Sequence record: NZ_CP149754.1
Length of the DNA stretch: 57,443 bases
Reading direction: 5' to 3' (one strand)
Source: a plasmid
Positions 30,085 to 40,243 of the stretch are shown one piece after another. Each line of letters opens with the position of its first letter. The first letter of the stretch is position 1. The notes below the pieces were generated by a model. That model searched no databases and had not been told where the DNA came from. It saw only the letters and a list, made by a program, of their open reading frames with translations. Made by a program: the position numbers and the translations under genes.

Positions 30085-30405
30085 TTATTTTTTTAGTGTT
30101 TTTTTCATCAATCCAATGACATATTCTTTTGTTTCATCATCAACTTCTAGAAATAACTGAGCAAATTCTTTGATTTCTTTATTATTAATATCATCAAGTT
30201 TATTCAGATTAGGTTTGTCATCAAAATCATCTAATGTGCAATCTAATACTCTAGCAATTGATTTCAAAGTCTCGAGTTTTGGATCTTTCGTAACACCAGT
30301 CAATATTTTGTCAAGTGTACCTTTTGGAACACCAGATAATTTAGACAACTGCTCAGATGTAAGACCTCTTTCTTTTCTCAATTCATTAATTTTTTCAAGC
30401 CCCAT
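30085..30405 (-). CDS. XRE-family phage repressor (CI-like)
   Basis: LTSEQLSKLSGVPKGTLDKILTG matches HTH_3. Transcribed divergently from the Cro-like gene. Confidence 0.7.
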   Translation of the reverse strand: MGLEKINELRKERGLTSEQLSKLSGVPKGTLDKILTGVTKDPKLETLKSIARVLDCTLDDFDDKPNLNKLDDINNKEIKEFAQLFLEVDDETKEYVIGLMKKTLKK

Positions 30406-30439
30406 AAAAAGATTACTCCTTTCTAGATAATAATAATAT

Positions 30440-30562
30440 ATAATATTTCCATTGTCAATAATAATATTTCCATTAACGGAAAAAATAATTCTAAAAAAAG
30501 GTTGAATATATCCGTTGAAGGTGAAATAGTAAAAGAGTAATATCCATCAACGGAAAAGGAAG
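30440..30562. promoter_or_regulatory. divergent switch region with four operator-like repeats (ATTTCCATTGTC, ATTTCCATTAACGGAAAA, ATATCCGTTGAAGG, ATATCCATCAACGGAAAAGG)
   Basis: Imperfect palindrome TTCCATTAACGGAA and related half sites lie between the divergent repressor and cro-like genes. Confidence 0.45.
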
Positions 30563-30787
30563 GTGAGAGAATTGTACAGAGAGCTACTAGGTGAGATGGC
30601 AAGAAATGATTTGAATAGAAAAAAATTAGCATCAAAATTAGGTGTATCTCCAAAAACACTTTCTAACAAACTTAAAGGTAACACAGAGTTCACATGGAAA
30701 GAGGTGAAGCAAATTAGAGATATAGTTGCACCTAACAAAACATTAGAAGAGCTTTTTAGACATGAAAAAGAAAGTGTAAATAATTAG
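30563..30787 (+). CDS. Cro-like HTH regulator (start uncertain: GTG 30563, TTG 30572 or ATG 30596)
   Basis: LNRKKLASKLGVSPKTLSNKLKG matches an HTH motif. Confidence 0.55.
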   Translation: MRELYRELLGEMARNDLNRKKLASKLGVSPKTLSNKLKGNTEFTWKEVKQIRDIVAPNKTLEELFRHEKESVNN

Positions 30788-30798
30788 GAGGAAGATGT

Positions 30799-31092
30799 TA
30801 TGAAAGAATTATCAAATGTAACAACCAATGAAGAACTTGGAGTTAAAGTTAAATTAAGTATGAAGATGGAAGTATAGGAATTAATGTAGAAGATACAGCT
30901 ATAGGGTTTGGATGGTGTCAGACACAGAATAAAAATGGTAAGCAATATGTATCAATTAGATGGGAAACCATCAATAAATACTGTAAAGAATTTAGTTTCC
31001 CCAATTTGTTGGGGAAAGATGACTGGAGTAGGTTTATTAGGTGTCATTCAAACCGACACCAAAATAAAAAGCTAGGGAGGAAGAAATTATGA
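30799..31092 (+). pseudogene. small gene apparently frameshifted near 30860-30876 (or two overlapping short ORFs)
   Basis: MKELSNVTTNEELGVKVKLSMKMEV* is followed by an open +2 frame DGSIGINVEDTAIGFGW...RKKL* that ends by overlapping the next ATG. Confidence 0.25.
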
Positions 31093-31415
31093 GTAATAAT
31101 CTACAAATATTTAAAAATAATGATTTTGGAGAAATAAGAACAGTTGAAATTGATGGTAAACTATATTTTGTAGCCACAGATATTGCTAGATGTTTAGGTT
31201 ATAAAGATACAACTAATGCAATTAAACAACATTGTAAGTGGGTGGTGAAACACCACATACCACATCCACAAAGTAAAACTAAGACCTTGGAAGTAAATGT
31301 AATACCAGAAGGTGATATGTATAGATTAATTACAAATAGCGAATTACCAAGCGCTGAAAAATTTGAGCGTTGGGTATTTGATGAAGTTCTACCATCAATA
31401 AGAAAAACAGGTTAA
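31089..31415 (+). CDS. BRO-N domain protein
   Basis: IRTVEIDGKLYFVATDIARCLGY...FERWVFDEVLPSIRKTG is the BRO-N signature. Confidence 0.7.
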   Translation: MSNNLQIFKNNDFGEIRTVEIDGKLYFVATDIARCLGYKDTTNAIKQHCKWVVKHHIPHPQSKTKTLEVNVIPEGDMYRLITNSELPSAEKFERWVFDEVLPSIRKTG

Positions 31416-31524
31416 AGTACATAGAAACAAAAAATATACAATTAATGTTTTTCTCGAATCTAAGTACTGAATATCTTTTTGAAATTGAAGATGAAGTTAA
31501 AGAAAAATATAGGGGGTAACAAAC

Positions 31525-32310
31525 ATGAATAACTTACAAGTAATAGAAAGAAATAACAAAAGAGTTTTAACTACACAGCAACTAGCAGATGTATATGAAA
31601 CAGATGTAAGAAATATAAGCAACAATTTTAACAATAACAAAGATAGATTTATTGAAGGTAAACATTATTTTTTATTACAAGGTGATGATTTAAAGAATTT
31701 TAAAGGTATTCATACAGAATATGAAAACCTAAAATTTACTTCAAAAATGTATCTTTGGACTGAAAGAGGAGCAAATAGACACTGCAAAATATTGGATACT
31801 GACAAAGCTTGGGAGCAGTTTGATAACTTAGAAGAGTCTTACTTTAACAAAAAGAAAGATACCTTAATTACAAATCAATTAAGTCCAGAATTGCAAATGT
31901 TTAAACAAATATTTGATACTGTAGCAAAACAAGAAATAGAGCAAAAGCAAATAAAACAAGAGATAACAGAAACTAAACAAGAAATACAAAGCATAAAAGA
32001 TGTAGTTACATTGAATACAACTGATTGGAGAGAAGAAACAAGAAGATTATTAGTATCAATGTCGCAAAACTTAGGTGGAAATGAATATATAAATACTCTT
32101 AGAAAAGAAAGTTATGAATTTCTTTGTAAAAGATTTAATGTTGACTTGAAGCGAAGATTAAATAATAGAAGAAGAAAAATGGCAGAAGAAGGTGTATGCA
32201 AGTCTAGAAGGGAAAAATTTAATTATCTGGATGTTATACAAGAACAAAATTATTTAATAGAAGGTTATGTAATTGTAATAAAGGATTTAGCTTTAAAATA
32301 TAGAATATAA
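31525..32310 (+). CDS. ORF6N-domain antirepressor-like protein
   Basis: KRVLTTQQLADVYETDVRNISNNFNNNKDRFIEGKHYFLL matches the ORF6N pattern. Confidence 0.55.
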   Translation: MNNLQVIERNNKRVLTTQQLADVYETDVRNISNNFNNNKDRFIEGKHYFLLQGDDLKNFKGIHTEYENLKFTSKMYLWTERGANRHCKILDTDKAWEQFDNLEESYFNKKKDTLITNQLSPELQMFKQIFDTVAKQEIEQKQIKQEITETKQEIQSIKDVVTLNTTDWREETRRLLVSMSQNLGGNEYINTLRKESYEFLCKRFNVDLKRRLNNRRRKMAEEGVCKSRREKFNYLDVIQEQNYLIEGYVIVIKDLALKYRI

Positions 32311-32360
32311 AGTGATTTTAAGTAAAAATTGTAACAATTAAATAAGTATAAGACAAGTTT

Positions 32361-32612
32361 ATGAGTTCATATTTTATAACAAGGGGTGATGTTATGAAAA
32401 TACTACAACAATTTAAACCATACAAATATGATAAAGAAAAAAATATAGAATATGATGAAAAAATTATAGCTAATCAAAACACAGAAGTTTATATAGTATA
32501 TCCACGTATATCTGATGAAGAAAATAGGAGAAGATGGGAAGAGTTCAATGAAGTAGCTAAAGAAGTAGCTATTAATATAGCTATGAAGAAAGTTGAGACA
32601 GTAGAAAGTTAA
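32361..32612 (+). CDS. hypothetical protein
   Basis: 83 aa ORF in the early region. Confidence 0.35.
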   Translation: MSSYFITRGDVMKILQQFKPYKYDKEKNIEYDEKIIANQNTEVYIVYPRISDEENRRRWEEFNEVAKEVAINIAMKKVETVES

Positions 32613-33087
32613 GAGAATAGAGAAGTTGCTAATACTTAGCACTTTCTCATAGAAGAAAATTGGACAACTATTTTTAAATAATTAGGAATAAAAAAGCGAT
32701 AGTATGTTTGAAAGAAGGTGATGAAATTGCTTAGTCTTGATATTAGTAAGAAAAATGTGATGACTCTTAAAAAAGATGGTAAGTTTTTAGTAAATATAGT
32801 ATTTAAGGATATTAAAACTGGTAAAAAATATCATTTAGACTATTAAATAAAAAAGTGCTGGTCAAAGTAGCAACACAATAAATAAAAAAACCCAAATAGA
32901 GTATAACACAAAAAGGGGGAGATTTAAAATAGGAAATCTAACATTTTAAAAGATTTAAATATGTCATAATGATAGCAATTTAGAATGAATTAACTTTAGG
33001 TTATGCTGCTAAAGAAAGGAGGTGTAACAATTATTAACTTTAGAAGATTCTTAGAACTGTAATTATGATAAATTAGGAGGGATTTAA

Positions 33088-33330
33088 ATGGAAACAGCTA
33101 GATTGATAGCAATAGGTCAAATTAAACAGGCTGAAAAAGAAATAAGTAGATTACAAGGTACAAAAAATAATAGTAGTTTAATGTGGTGGGAAGCCGTGAA
33201 ATTTGCTAGCCAAAATATATTAGAGGGTCTTGAACATGATATTGAGTTAGAAGCATCAACTGAATTTAGGGAGTTTATGATAATACAAGAAGAACTTGAA
33301 AGAGATAGACCAATAGATGTCCAGCTATAA
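33088..33330 (+). CDS. hypothetical protein
   Basis: AGGAGGG RBS; 80 aa. Confidence 0.4.
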   Translation: METARLIAIGQIKQAEKEISRLQGTKNNSSLMWWEAVKFASQNILEGLEHDIELEASTEFREFMIIQEELERDRPIDVQL

Positions 33331-33460
33331 GAAAAGAGCCTATGCCAAGGCTCAATTCAGTAAAACAATAAATTATATTTATTAAATTATATATCAAAAC
33401 AATAATATTATGCAAATAAAAAATTAGATTATACATATAGTAGAAAGTTTAGGTGATATT

Positions 33461-33778
33461 GTGAATGTTGTAAAAGGGTGTAATAAACAATTGCATGTAA
33501 CATTAAATAGCACTTGTTTGCAAGATAATAATCTAAGTTGGCAAGCTAAGGGTCTTCATTTATATTTAATGACTAAGGCAGAAAATGAAACAATATACTT
33601 AGAAGATTTAAAAAATAAAAGTAGCAATGGTAGAGATTCAACAGCAAATATTTTAAATGAACTTATAGAAAAAGGTTATGTAAGTAGAGAGATAAGAAGA
33701 GATGCCTTAACAGGTAAAGTACTTGGGGGGTATGAGTACAAAATATATGAAGAGTCACTTAAAAATATTGAAAAGTAG
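33461..33778 (+). CDS. winged-helix protein, replication-module N-terminal component
   Basis: GTG start with AGGTGA RBS. wHTH-like ILNELIEKGYVSREIRRD. Confidence 0.4.
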   Translation: MNVVKGCNKQLHVTLNSTCLQDNNLSWQAKGLHLYLMTKAENETIYLEDLKNKSSNGRDSTANILNELIEKGYVSREIRRDALTGKVLGGYEYKIYEESLKNIEK

Positions 33779-33786
33779 GTGATATA

Positions 33787-34722
33787 TTGAACTTTGATAA
33801 CGAAACATATTTTCATATAAATTTTGAAGACCCTTTTACAAGGGTTCCAAATGCGATATTAGATAATAAAAATCTAACTTATTCAGCTATAGGGGTAGTG
33901 ACACAAATGTTAAGATTTCAAAAGTCAGGGAGCCACAAAATATATGCAAAATCATTAATTAGTTATAGAAAAGATAGTAAATCAAGGATAAGCAGTGCTT
34001 TAAATGAGCTTATAAATGAAGGATTTGTAATAAGAAGTAAAATAAGAAATGATAAGGGTCAAATAAAAGGATATAGATATGATATATTTGATACCCCTCA
34101 AATTAAAATAGAAGAAAAAGAAGATGTTAAAAGTCAACCGTGTTTCAATATACCGAATACGGTTAATCCCGAAATCGGAAAACCAGGAAGCGAAAAAACC
34201 GGCGACAGTAAAACTGAAATCCAGTTTTTCGGCAACATAAAAGAAAATAGTATAAAAGAAAATAATAATACTATTATTACTATTAATAAGGAGCAAGAAG
34301 AAAGCGCATATATAAAAAAATATTATGAAACTTATATAGGTTTAATTACACCTAATAATTTTATAGAGCTAGCAGGTTATTTAGATGATGGAATGGAGGT
34401 TGATGTAATTATAAGAGCTATTGATGAAGCAACATCAAATGGAGTTAAAAATTATAGATACATAAAGACTATATTAAATAACTGGATAGAATCCGGTGTG
34501 AAGACAAATTTAGATTTAACAGAGTATCAGAATGAATATGAAAAGAAAAAAAGAAAAAGTAATAGTTTGGGAGGAGTAAAAAATGACAAACAAGGAAAAA
34601 GAAATTCTCAAACAAAGAGTACAGAATTTGATTTTAACAGTAAAGAAACAAGAATCAATGACAACGAACTTGAAAGAGCAAGACAGGCACTTAGAGACAT
34701 TGGAGTTGAACCAAGATACTGA
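33787..34722 (+). CDS. phage replication initiation / replisome organiser protein, DnaD-domain
   Basis: N-terminal wHTH. C-terminal region YYETYIGLITPNNFIELAGYLDDGMEVDVIIRAIDEA...ILNNWIESGVKT is DnaD-like. Confidence 0.6.
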   Translation: MNFDNETYFHINFEDPFTRVPNAILDNKNLTYSAIGVVTQMLRFQKSGSHKIYAKSLISYRKDSKSRISSALNELINEGFVIRSKIRNDKGQIKGYRYDIFDTPQIKIEEKEDVKSQPCFNIPNTVNPEIGKPGSEKTGDSKTEIQFFGNIKENSIKENNNTIITINKEQEESAYIKKYYETYIGLITPNNFIELAGYLDDGMEVDVIIRAIDEATSNGVKNYRYIKTILNNWIESGVKTNLDLTEYQNEYEKKKRKSNSLGGVKNDKQGKRNSQTKSTEFDFNSKETRINDNELERARQALRDIGVEPRY

Positions 34723-35395
34723 ATATAAATGTTTAAAATGTAAGGATAGACTTTTCATAGAAACCGATGAAGGTTTTAAAGAATGTAAATGTAGGAAACT
34801 TAGGATAGCAGAAAATATTTTAAAAAATAGTGGAGTAAGTGAAGAATTTAGGAAATTAAAGTTTGATAATTTTAATTACCAAGTGGATTCTTCAGTAGCA
34901 AAAGCATTTACTAAAGCTATTGAGTACTCAAATTATTTTGAACAAATAAGAGAGATTAGAAGAAATTCAATTATATTTATGGGACAAGTAGGAAGTGGTA
35001 AAACTCATTTATCACTAGCAATAGCTAATAGTCTAATGAATAGGTCTATAAGTGTTATTTATATGCCTTATAGAGATTCTATGACATTAATAAAGCAAAA
35101 TATAATGGATGAAGAAACTTATAGAAGAGAAGTTGGAAAGTATAAATCAGCTAAGGTTTTATTAATTGATGATTTATATAAAGGCAATATAACAAATAGT
35201 GACATAAATATAATGTTTGAAATAATTAATTATAGATATTTAAATAAAATGCCATTGATTGTATCAACAGAAAAAAATTTTGATGAGCTTCTCGAAATAG
35301 ATGAAGCTATTGGAAGTAGATTAATTGAAATGAGTAAAAATTATTTGATTGAATTAAAGGGCAAAAGATTGAATTATAGAATTTATGGGGGATAA
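34583..35395 (+). CDS. DnaC/IstB-like helicase loader ATPase (true start probably downstream of 34583)
   Basis: Walker A MGQVGSGKTHLS and Walker B LLIDDL. N-terminal Cys cluster CLKCKDR...CKC. Confidence 0.7.
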   Translation: MTNKEKEILKQRVQNLILTVKKQESMTTNLKEQDRHLETLELNQDTEYKCLKCKDRLFIETDEGFKECKCRKLRIAENILKNSGVSEEFRKLKFDNFNYQVDSSVAKAFTKAIEYSNYFEQIREIRRNSIIFMGQVGSGKTHLSLAIANSLMNRSISVIYMPYRDSMTLIKQNIMDEETYRREVGKYKSAKVLLIDDLYKGNITNSDINIMFEIINYRYLNKMPLIVSTEKNFDELLEIDEAIGSRLIEMSKNYLIELKGKRLNYRIYGG

Positions 35396-36053
35396 AAATA
35401 TGGATAAAAATAAAATGCTGAAAACGTTAGTTAGAAAGGCTCAAAGTGGAGATGAATTAGCTTTTAATGATATACTAAATGTTCTTGATAAAGAGATAAA
35501 AATTAATGCATCTATTTATGCAAAATATTTAGAAGGTATTTTTGAAAAGGATGATTTAATAGCAGAAGCACAAGCAGGATTATGGAAATCTATAATGAAT
35601 TATAAAATTGAAATAGAATATGTGAGTGCTTATTTTCAAAAAGTTATAAAAAATAACATACTTAGATTAGTAAATAAAAGTAAAACAAAAAAGTTTACAA
35701 ATGAGATTTTAGTTTTAAATAAAAATGTAGATTCTAATGAATATACAGAACTTATAGAGTTTATACAAGATGAAGGCTTATTGGTAGATGAAGTTATAAT
35801 TGAGAAGGAAAGAGCAGAAGAAATAGAAGCTGAGAAAAAATTACAAATGAAAATAGTGAAAAGAAAAATTAGATATATTCCTCAGCCACAAAAGGAAATT
35901 ATAAGAATGTATCTAAAAGGATATGACACAGAAAAAATATCAAAAAAAATAAATAAATCTTATAACGCAATATATAGTAGTAAATATAGAGCAGTACAAA
36001 ATCTTAAAGAAATGTGTTTACCAGAAATAAGTAAGTATAATATAACTATATAA
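35385..36053 (+). CDS. sigma-70 family (ECF-like) phage sigma factor
   Basis: Region 2-like DLIAEAQAGLWKSIMNY and region 4 HTH RMYLKGYDTEKISKKINKSYNAIYSSKYRAVQNL. An alternative ATG at 35400 has the better RBS. Confidence 0.6.
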   Translation: MGDKNMDKNKMLKTLVRKAQSGDELAFNDILNVLDKEIKINASIYAKYLEGIFEKDDLIAEAQAGLWKSIMNYKIEIEYVSAYFQKVIKNNILRLVNKSKTKKFTNEILVLNKNVDSNEYTELIEFIQDEGLLVDEVIIEKERAEEIEAEKKLQMKIVKRKIRYIPQPQKEIIRMYLKGYDTEKISKKINKSYNAIYSSKYRAVQNLKEMCLPEISKYNITI

Positions 36054-36130
36054 TACCTAGTATAAAAATAAAATAGGATATACAAATATTGTATATCCTA
36101 TTAAAAAATGATTATTTTGGAGGAATTAAT

Positions 36131-37048
36131 ATGATAACTGCGTTTAAAACAAAAGAAGAAAGAGAAAAAGAAGTATTGGAAAAAGCATTAAATTCTTTTT
36201 CTGGAATTCAAAAGGATAGAGCAAGAATTTATCTTACTGAGAATAAGGTTAATGATAGATTATTTTTAAGTAATTTATTAGTGAAATACAAGTTTGAAAT
36301 AAGAGATAACTTAAAGGATATGGAAAGAATAAGAGATGAAATACGAGAATATAAATCGTATTTAAAGCAAGAGCTTGGTAATAAGACTAAGATAAAAGAG
36401 TATATAAACTATTTAGAAGGTTTACTTGATAGTTGTGAATCTCTTATATGTGCCTATGGAAATGCTTTAATACCATTATTTGATAGTATAAATAAAGAAT
36501 TTACTAAAAAAGAAATATGTCAATTGATTGGAGCTAATGAAAAGATATTAGATGAATACTATGAATTTATGAAAAAACATTCTAAAGAAGAAATGAGCAA
36601 AGATTTTAATTTTATATATGAATTAATCTTTGTTCATCATGGAGAATATAGATGGAGAAAAGGAAGATATAAAGATTTTGTTGATTGTCCAGATTGGGAA
36701 ATGCCACTATTTAATGCTTTATGGAGTCATATGGATAATTTTATAGAAAATAATAAAGAAATACAAGAAAGTATGCATTCTGTATTTGATGAAGTATTTG
36801 GAGATATATCTTACTTTATGAATGGTGATGGTACAATGGAAAAATCAGTACAAGAAATAAATATAAAAGAATTAATAAGTAATTATAGAGATTATGGAAA
36901 TAGCACTGTAGTATTTCAGTTGAAGAAAAAATCAATTATAGATATAACAATAAATTACAAGCTCAAAAGACAAAGAGGTGATGTTTTAATCTATAAAGTC
37001 TTTGATAGTGAAGATAATGAACTTGGAGAGGTACATAAGATTATATAA
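36131..37048 (+). CDS. hypothetical protein
   Basis: GGAGGAA RBS precedes ATG 36131; the track start at 36089 lacks an RBS. Confidence 0.5.
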   Translation: MITAFKTKEEREKEVLEKALNSFSGIQKDRARIYLTENKVNDRLFLSNLLVKYKFEIRDNLKDMERIRDEIREYKSYLKQELGNKTKIKEYINYLEGLLDSCESLICAYGNALIPLFDSINKEFTKKEICQLIGANEKILDEYYEFMKKHSKEEMSKDFNFIYELIFVHHGEYRWRKGRYKDFVDCPDWEMPLFNALWSHMDNFIENNKEIQESMHSVFDEVFGDISYFMNGDGTMEKSVQEINIKELISNYRDYGNSTVVFQLKKKSIIDITINYKLKRQRGDVLIYKVFDSEDNELGEVHKII

Positions 37049-37090
37049 GCTTAATATGAAATTTAAAGATAAATAAAAGGAGCTGTTTAA

Positions 37091-37570
37091 GTGGATAAAG
37101 AAAGTATAAAAGAAATTGTAAGAGAATTGAGAAAAGAAGAAAGAGAAGATAGAAAAAAAGGAGTCTTATATAATACTAGATTATTAATGAAACATTATAA
37201 TGATTTTAAAAGACATATAAACTTAGCATTAAGTGAAGCTAAAGAAGTAAATTATTTAGAAGAAGATTTGTCTGATTTTGAAGATGAAGAGTTGTATATT
37301 TTAAGTATTAAAAAAAGTAAAACAAGAACTATTATTATGATAGCTCATATAGATTCAGCATTAAAAACATTAAAGTTAAGACAAGAGAGATTACAATCAT
37401 ATGAAAAATATAGAGCATTAGAGCTTTACTATTTTGATGAAAAAACTTATGAAGAAATAGCAGAAATATTAAACTGTGGAGTAGTTACATCAAGACGTTG
37501 GGTTAATGAGATGATAACAGAGCTTGGTATATATTTATTTGGTGTAGATGGTCTAAAATCAATTGTTTGA
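37091..37570 (+). CDS. ArpU/RinA-like late transcriptional regulator (sigma-70 region-4-like HTH)
   Basis: YYFDEKTYEEIAEILNCGVVTSRRWVNEM at the C-terminus. Confidence 0.5.
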   Translation: MDKESIKEIVRELRKEEREDRKKGVLYNTRLLMKHYNDFKRHINLALSEAKEVNYLEEDLSDFEDEELYILSIKKSKTRTIIMIAHIDSALKTLKLRQERLQSYEKYRALELYYFDEKTYEEIAEILNCGVVTSRRWVNEMITELGIYLFGVDGLKSIV

Positions 37571-37717
37571 TAAATATATGATAAAAAGATGATATTTTAA
37601 TGATATTTTAATCCTGTTATAATGGTAGTATGAAACAAGTGTATAATATACTCCTTAAAAAAGACTAAGTACCCCTAACTTAGTCTTTTTTATATTTACA
37701 ACAAAGGAGAATAAAAA

Positions 37718-37921
37718 ATGAACATGATTAATTTAAGAGAAAAGATAATAAAAGAACTAAATGAATTTAATATAAAAGCAGATAATGTTTTTTTAGAATA
37801 TGCAGTTAAACATATTGAAAATTTTATGAATGAAGGTATAGATGATGAAGAGTTATTAATAAGAGGTGTTGTGCTTGGAGCTAGTTATGTAGTTAATATA
37901 GAAAATAAAGACTTAGATTAA
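37718..37921 (+). CDS. hypothetical protein
   Basis: AAAGGAG RBS; 67 aa. Confidence 0.35.
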   Translation: MNMINLREKIIKELNEFNIKADNVFLEYAVKHIENFMNEGIDDEELLIRGVVLGASYVVNIENKDLD

Positions 37922-37992
37922 TTTCTAGGTCTTTTACATTTTATAGGTTAAGTTTGTGGTAAAATGTACTAAATGAATTAGGGGTGATAACT

Positions 37993-38343
37993 ATGAAGAA
38001 AAATATCTTAGGAGTATTGCTACCATTATTAACAATGATTATAATATTTTTTCTATCATTTGAAAATACAATAACTAATAATTTAGGATTAAGTGAGATG
38101 GATATAAAAGGAATCCTTATTTCAGGTGTAGTATTGTATATACCAGTTTCATTTTTAGTTAATGGTATAATATGTGCTAAAAAACAAATAAATTGGAAAA
38201 TTCCAGCTTTAATATCACTTTTAGGTTCAGTTGTTATAATGATGTATCTAAGATTTGATAGTACTGAAATGGCATTGTATTTATCATATTATTCTATGTC
38301 TTATTGTATTGGATATTGGATAACTAGTGTAATGAAGAAATAA
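37993..38343 (+). CDS. hypothetical membrane protein (3-4 TM)
   Basis: TAGGGGTG RBS precedes the ATG at 37993. Confidence 0.4.
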   Translation: MKKNILGVLLPLLTMIIIFFLSFENTITNNLGLSEMDIKGILISGVVLYIPVSFLVNGIICAKKQINWKIPALISLLGSVVIMMYLRFDSTEMALYLSYYSMSYCIGYWITSVMKK

Positions 38344-38408
38344 AATTAAAAGATTACTTTTATATATTATGGTAATATGAAAGAAAGTAATTATTAGGGG
38401 GTATAAAT

Positions 38409-38621
38409 ATGAAATGTCCTAATTGTGGTAGCGAAAATATAGAACAAGGTATTTCTACAGTTAGTGAATCAGGATTCGTTATATATAGAACTGGTTTAGA
38501 ATACAATACAAGATTTTCCACTAAGGTATCTAAAACATATTCTGACTTATGCTTAGATTGTGGTGAAATAGTTAGAACTTATATAAAGGGTGAGACTGAC
38601 AGGAATTGGTGTAAAGATTAG
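38409..38621 (+). CDS. small zinc-ribbon protein
   Basis: CPNCGSEN...CLDCGE. Confidence 0.4.
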   Translation: MKCPNCGSENIEQGISTVSESGFVIYRTGLEYNTRFSTKVSKTYSDLCLDCGEIVRTYIKGETDRNWCKD

Positions 38622-38639
38622 AAATAAAAATACATAAGA

Positions 38640-38690
38640 TTTAGACTATCTTTATAGATGGTCTTTTTTATGCAATAAATTAAAAAGATA
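38640..38690 (+). terminator. hairpin plus T-run terminator; first copy of a ~45-bp direct repeat
   Basis: AGACTATCTTTATAGATGGTCTTTTTTAT; a near-identical copy lies at 38950-38979. Confidence 0.4.
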
Positions 38691-38944
38691 ATGATAAATA
38701 TGTTATAGGTTAAGGTTTTGAACTTGTGAAACAGAGTAACAGAACTTAATAGGAATTAGCTTTATTCTTTATTATATGGTATAATGTAAAATAGAGATAA
38801 GGAAGTGGTTAGTATAGGAATATTAAAAAGTGCTGAATTAGTTAGAAAGATAGCACAAAGAATTGCTAGAGAAAAAGGAATAAGAGAGCAAGAAGCATGA
38901 AATGATGCTGTTACAGAGTACAAGCAAAAACATATATACTTAGT

Positions 38945-38995
38945 CTAGAGAATCATCTTTATAGATGGTCTTTTTTTATACAATAAATTAAAGAA
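38945..38995 (+). terminator. hairpin plus T-run terminator; second copy of the repeat
   Basis: CATCTTTATAGATGGTCTTTTTTTATACAATAAATTAAAGAAGA. Confidence 0.4.
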
Positions 38996-39142
38996 GAGCA
39001 TTATTTAGAATTATTTTGTAGTTGTCGAACGATTGTTGAAGGATATTGACCTTTAAAGTTGAATCTTATACTTTGGAGGGGATAATGCAGAATAAATTAA
39101 TGAGAGTGAATAATAGATAGGTGTATTTAGGAGGGATAAAAA

Positions 39143-40162
39143 TTGAGCATTAAAGTTAAAGTATGGGCTAAATTACCATATATTATAAAACTAGAAGAAG
39201 AGAAAGATTATGAATTTAGTTTTCTATTTGATGATTTTGATTTATTTAAGCTTAATATGAGGTTTAATGATGAAAATGATTTTTTAATTTATAATAATGA
39301 ATATCCTGGTAATGTGTGTCAGCATATAGAATTAGAAGTAATTTATAAATATGTTGATTATACAAAATATAAAACTACAAAATGTATTAATAGTAATGAC
39401 AATTATTTTGAAGTAGAGGTGCCATTAGATAAAACTACAGAGATTTTTGGATGCATGAATAAAAGACTTAATGAAATATTAAATTTTTTAAGAGAGAAGT
39501 CTAATATGTTTTGGATTGATGAATTTAATCTTACACATATAAATTATCATTCTGAGAATGAGGTACGTTTTAACTTTTATTCTCCGAATGTAAATCCAAG
39601 TTCTGTTGTAACTAGTTTTATAGAACATACAGATTACTATATGATTTCTAAAAACTTCAAAACAAATAATGTTGGTGAAGATACCTTTAAAAACTTTGAT
39701 TCTAATAAGATAAAAATGAAGGTTTTTAATGAATATATAGACAAAGCAGAGAAAGCACTGTATGAATATAATTATGAAAATTTTATAATATATTGTAGTA
39801 TATCAGTTGAATCATTTATTATTCAATATATAGATGAAATAGCTAATCAAGACGATATTATTTATAAACAACTTGAAAAAACAAACTCTAATTATATAAA
39901 TTTGTATTATAATGTGTTATTAAAATATCTAACAGGCAAAAGCCTTATAGAAGTTGATAAAAAAGCATGTACACATTTAACAAGACTTTATAGATTAAGA
40001 AATTCATTAATGCATAAGGGAATTATAGATAGTAAATCATTAGAAAAAGCAGGTATAATGAAACTTGATTTTAATGAGTGTAATAAAATTTTAGATTCAG
40101 CAAAGACAAGTTTTAAATTAGTAAAGAGTATAACAGTTAAACCTAAGAATGATATTAATTAA
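39143..40162 (+). CDS. HEPN-motif protein, candidate abortive-infection protein (AbiD/AbiF/Abi_2-like size)
   Basis: 339 aa, TTG start with TAGGAGGG RBS. C-terminal RLYRLRNSLMHKG contains the R-N-x3-H HEPN motif. Confidence 0.35.
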   Translation: MSIKVKVWAKLPYIIKLEEEKDYEFSFLFDDFDLFKLNMRFNDENDFLIYNNEYPGNVCQHIELEVIYKYVDYTKYKTTKCINSNDNYFEVEVPLDKTTEIFGCMNKRLNEILNFLREKSNMFWIDEFNLTHINYHSENEVRFNFYSPNVNPSSVVTSFIEHTDYYMISKNFKTNNVGEDTFKNFDSNKIKMKVFNEYIDKAEKALYEYNYENFIIYCSISVESFIIQYIDEIANQDDIIYKQLEKTNSNYINLYYNVLLKYLTGKSLIEVDKKACTHLTRLYRLRNSLMHKGIIDSKSLEKAGIMKLDFNECNKILDSAKTSFKLVKSITVKPKNDIN

Positions 40163-40243
40163 TAAAAATAATAATTACTGGAAAAGAACTCAATAAATAG
40201 GGTTCTTTTTTTATTCCCAAAACGACAAAAACGAGGTGGTGGT

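Noticed and set aside
39019-39042. LexA (Cheo-like) box GAACGATTGTTG upstream of the Abi-like gene
   Set aside because: One mismatch from GAAC-N4-GTTC and no second supporting site. Kept only as part of the shared 13-mer observation.
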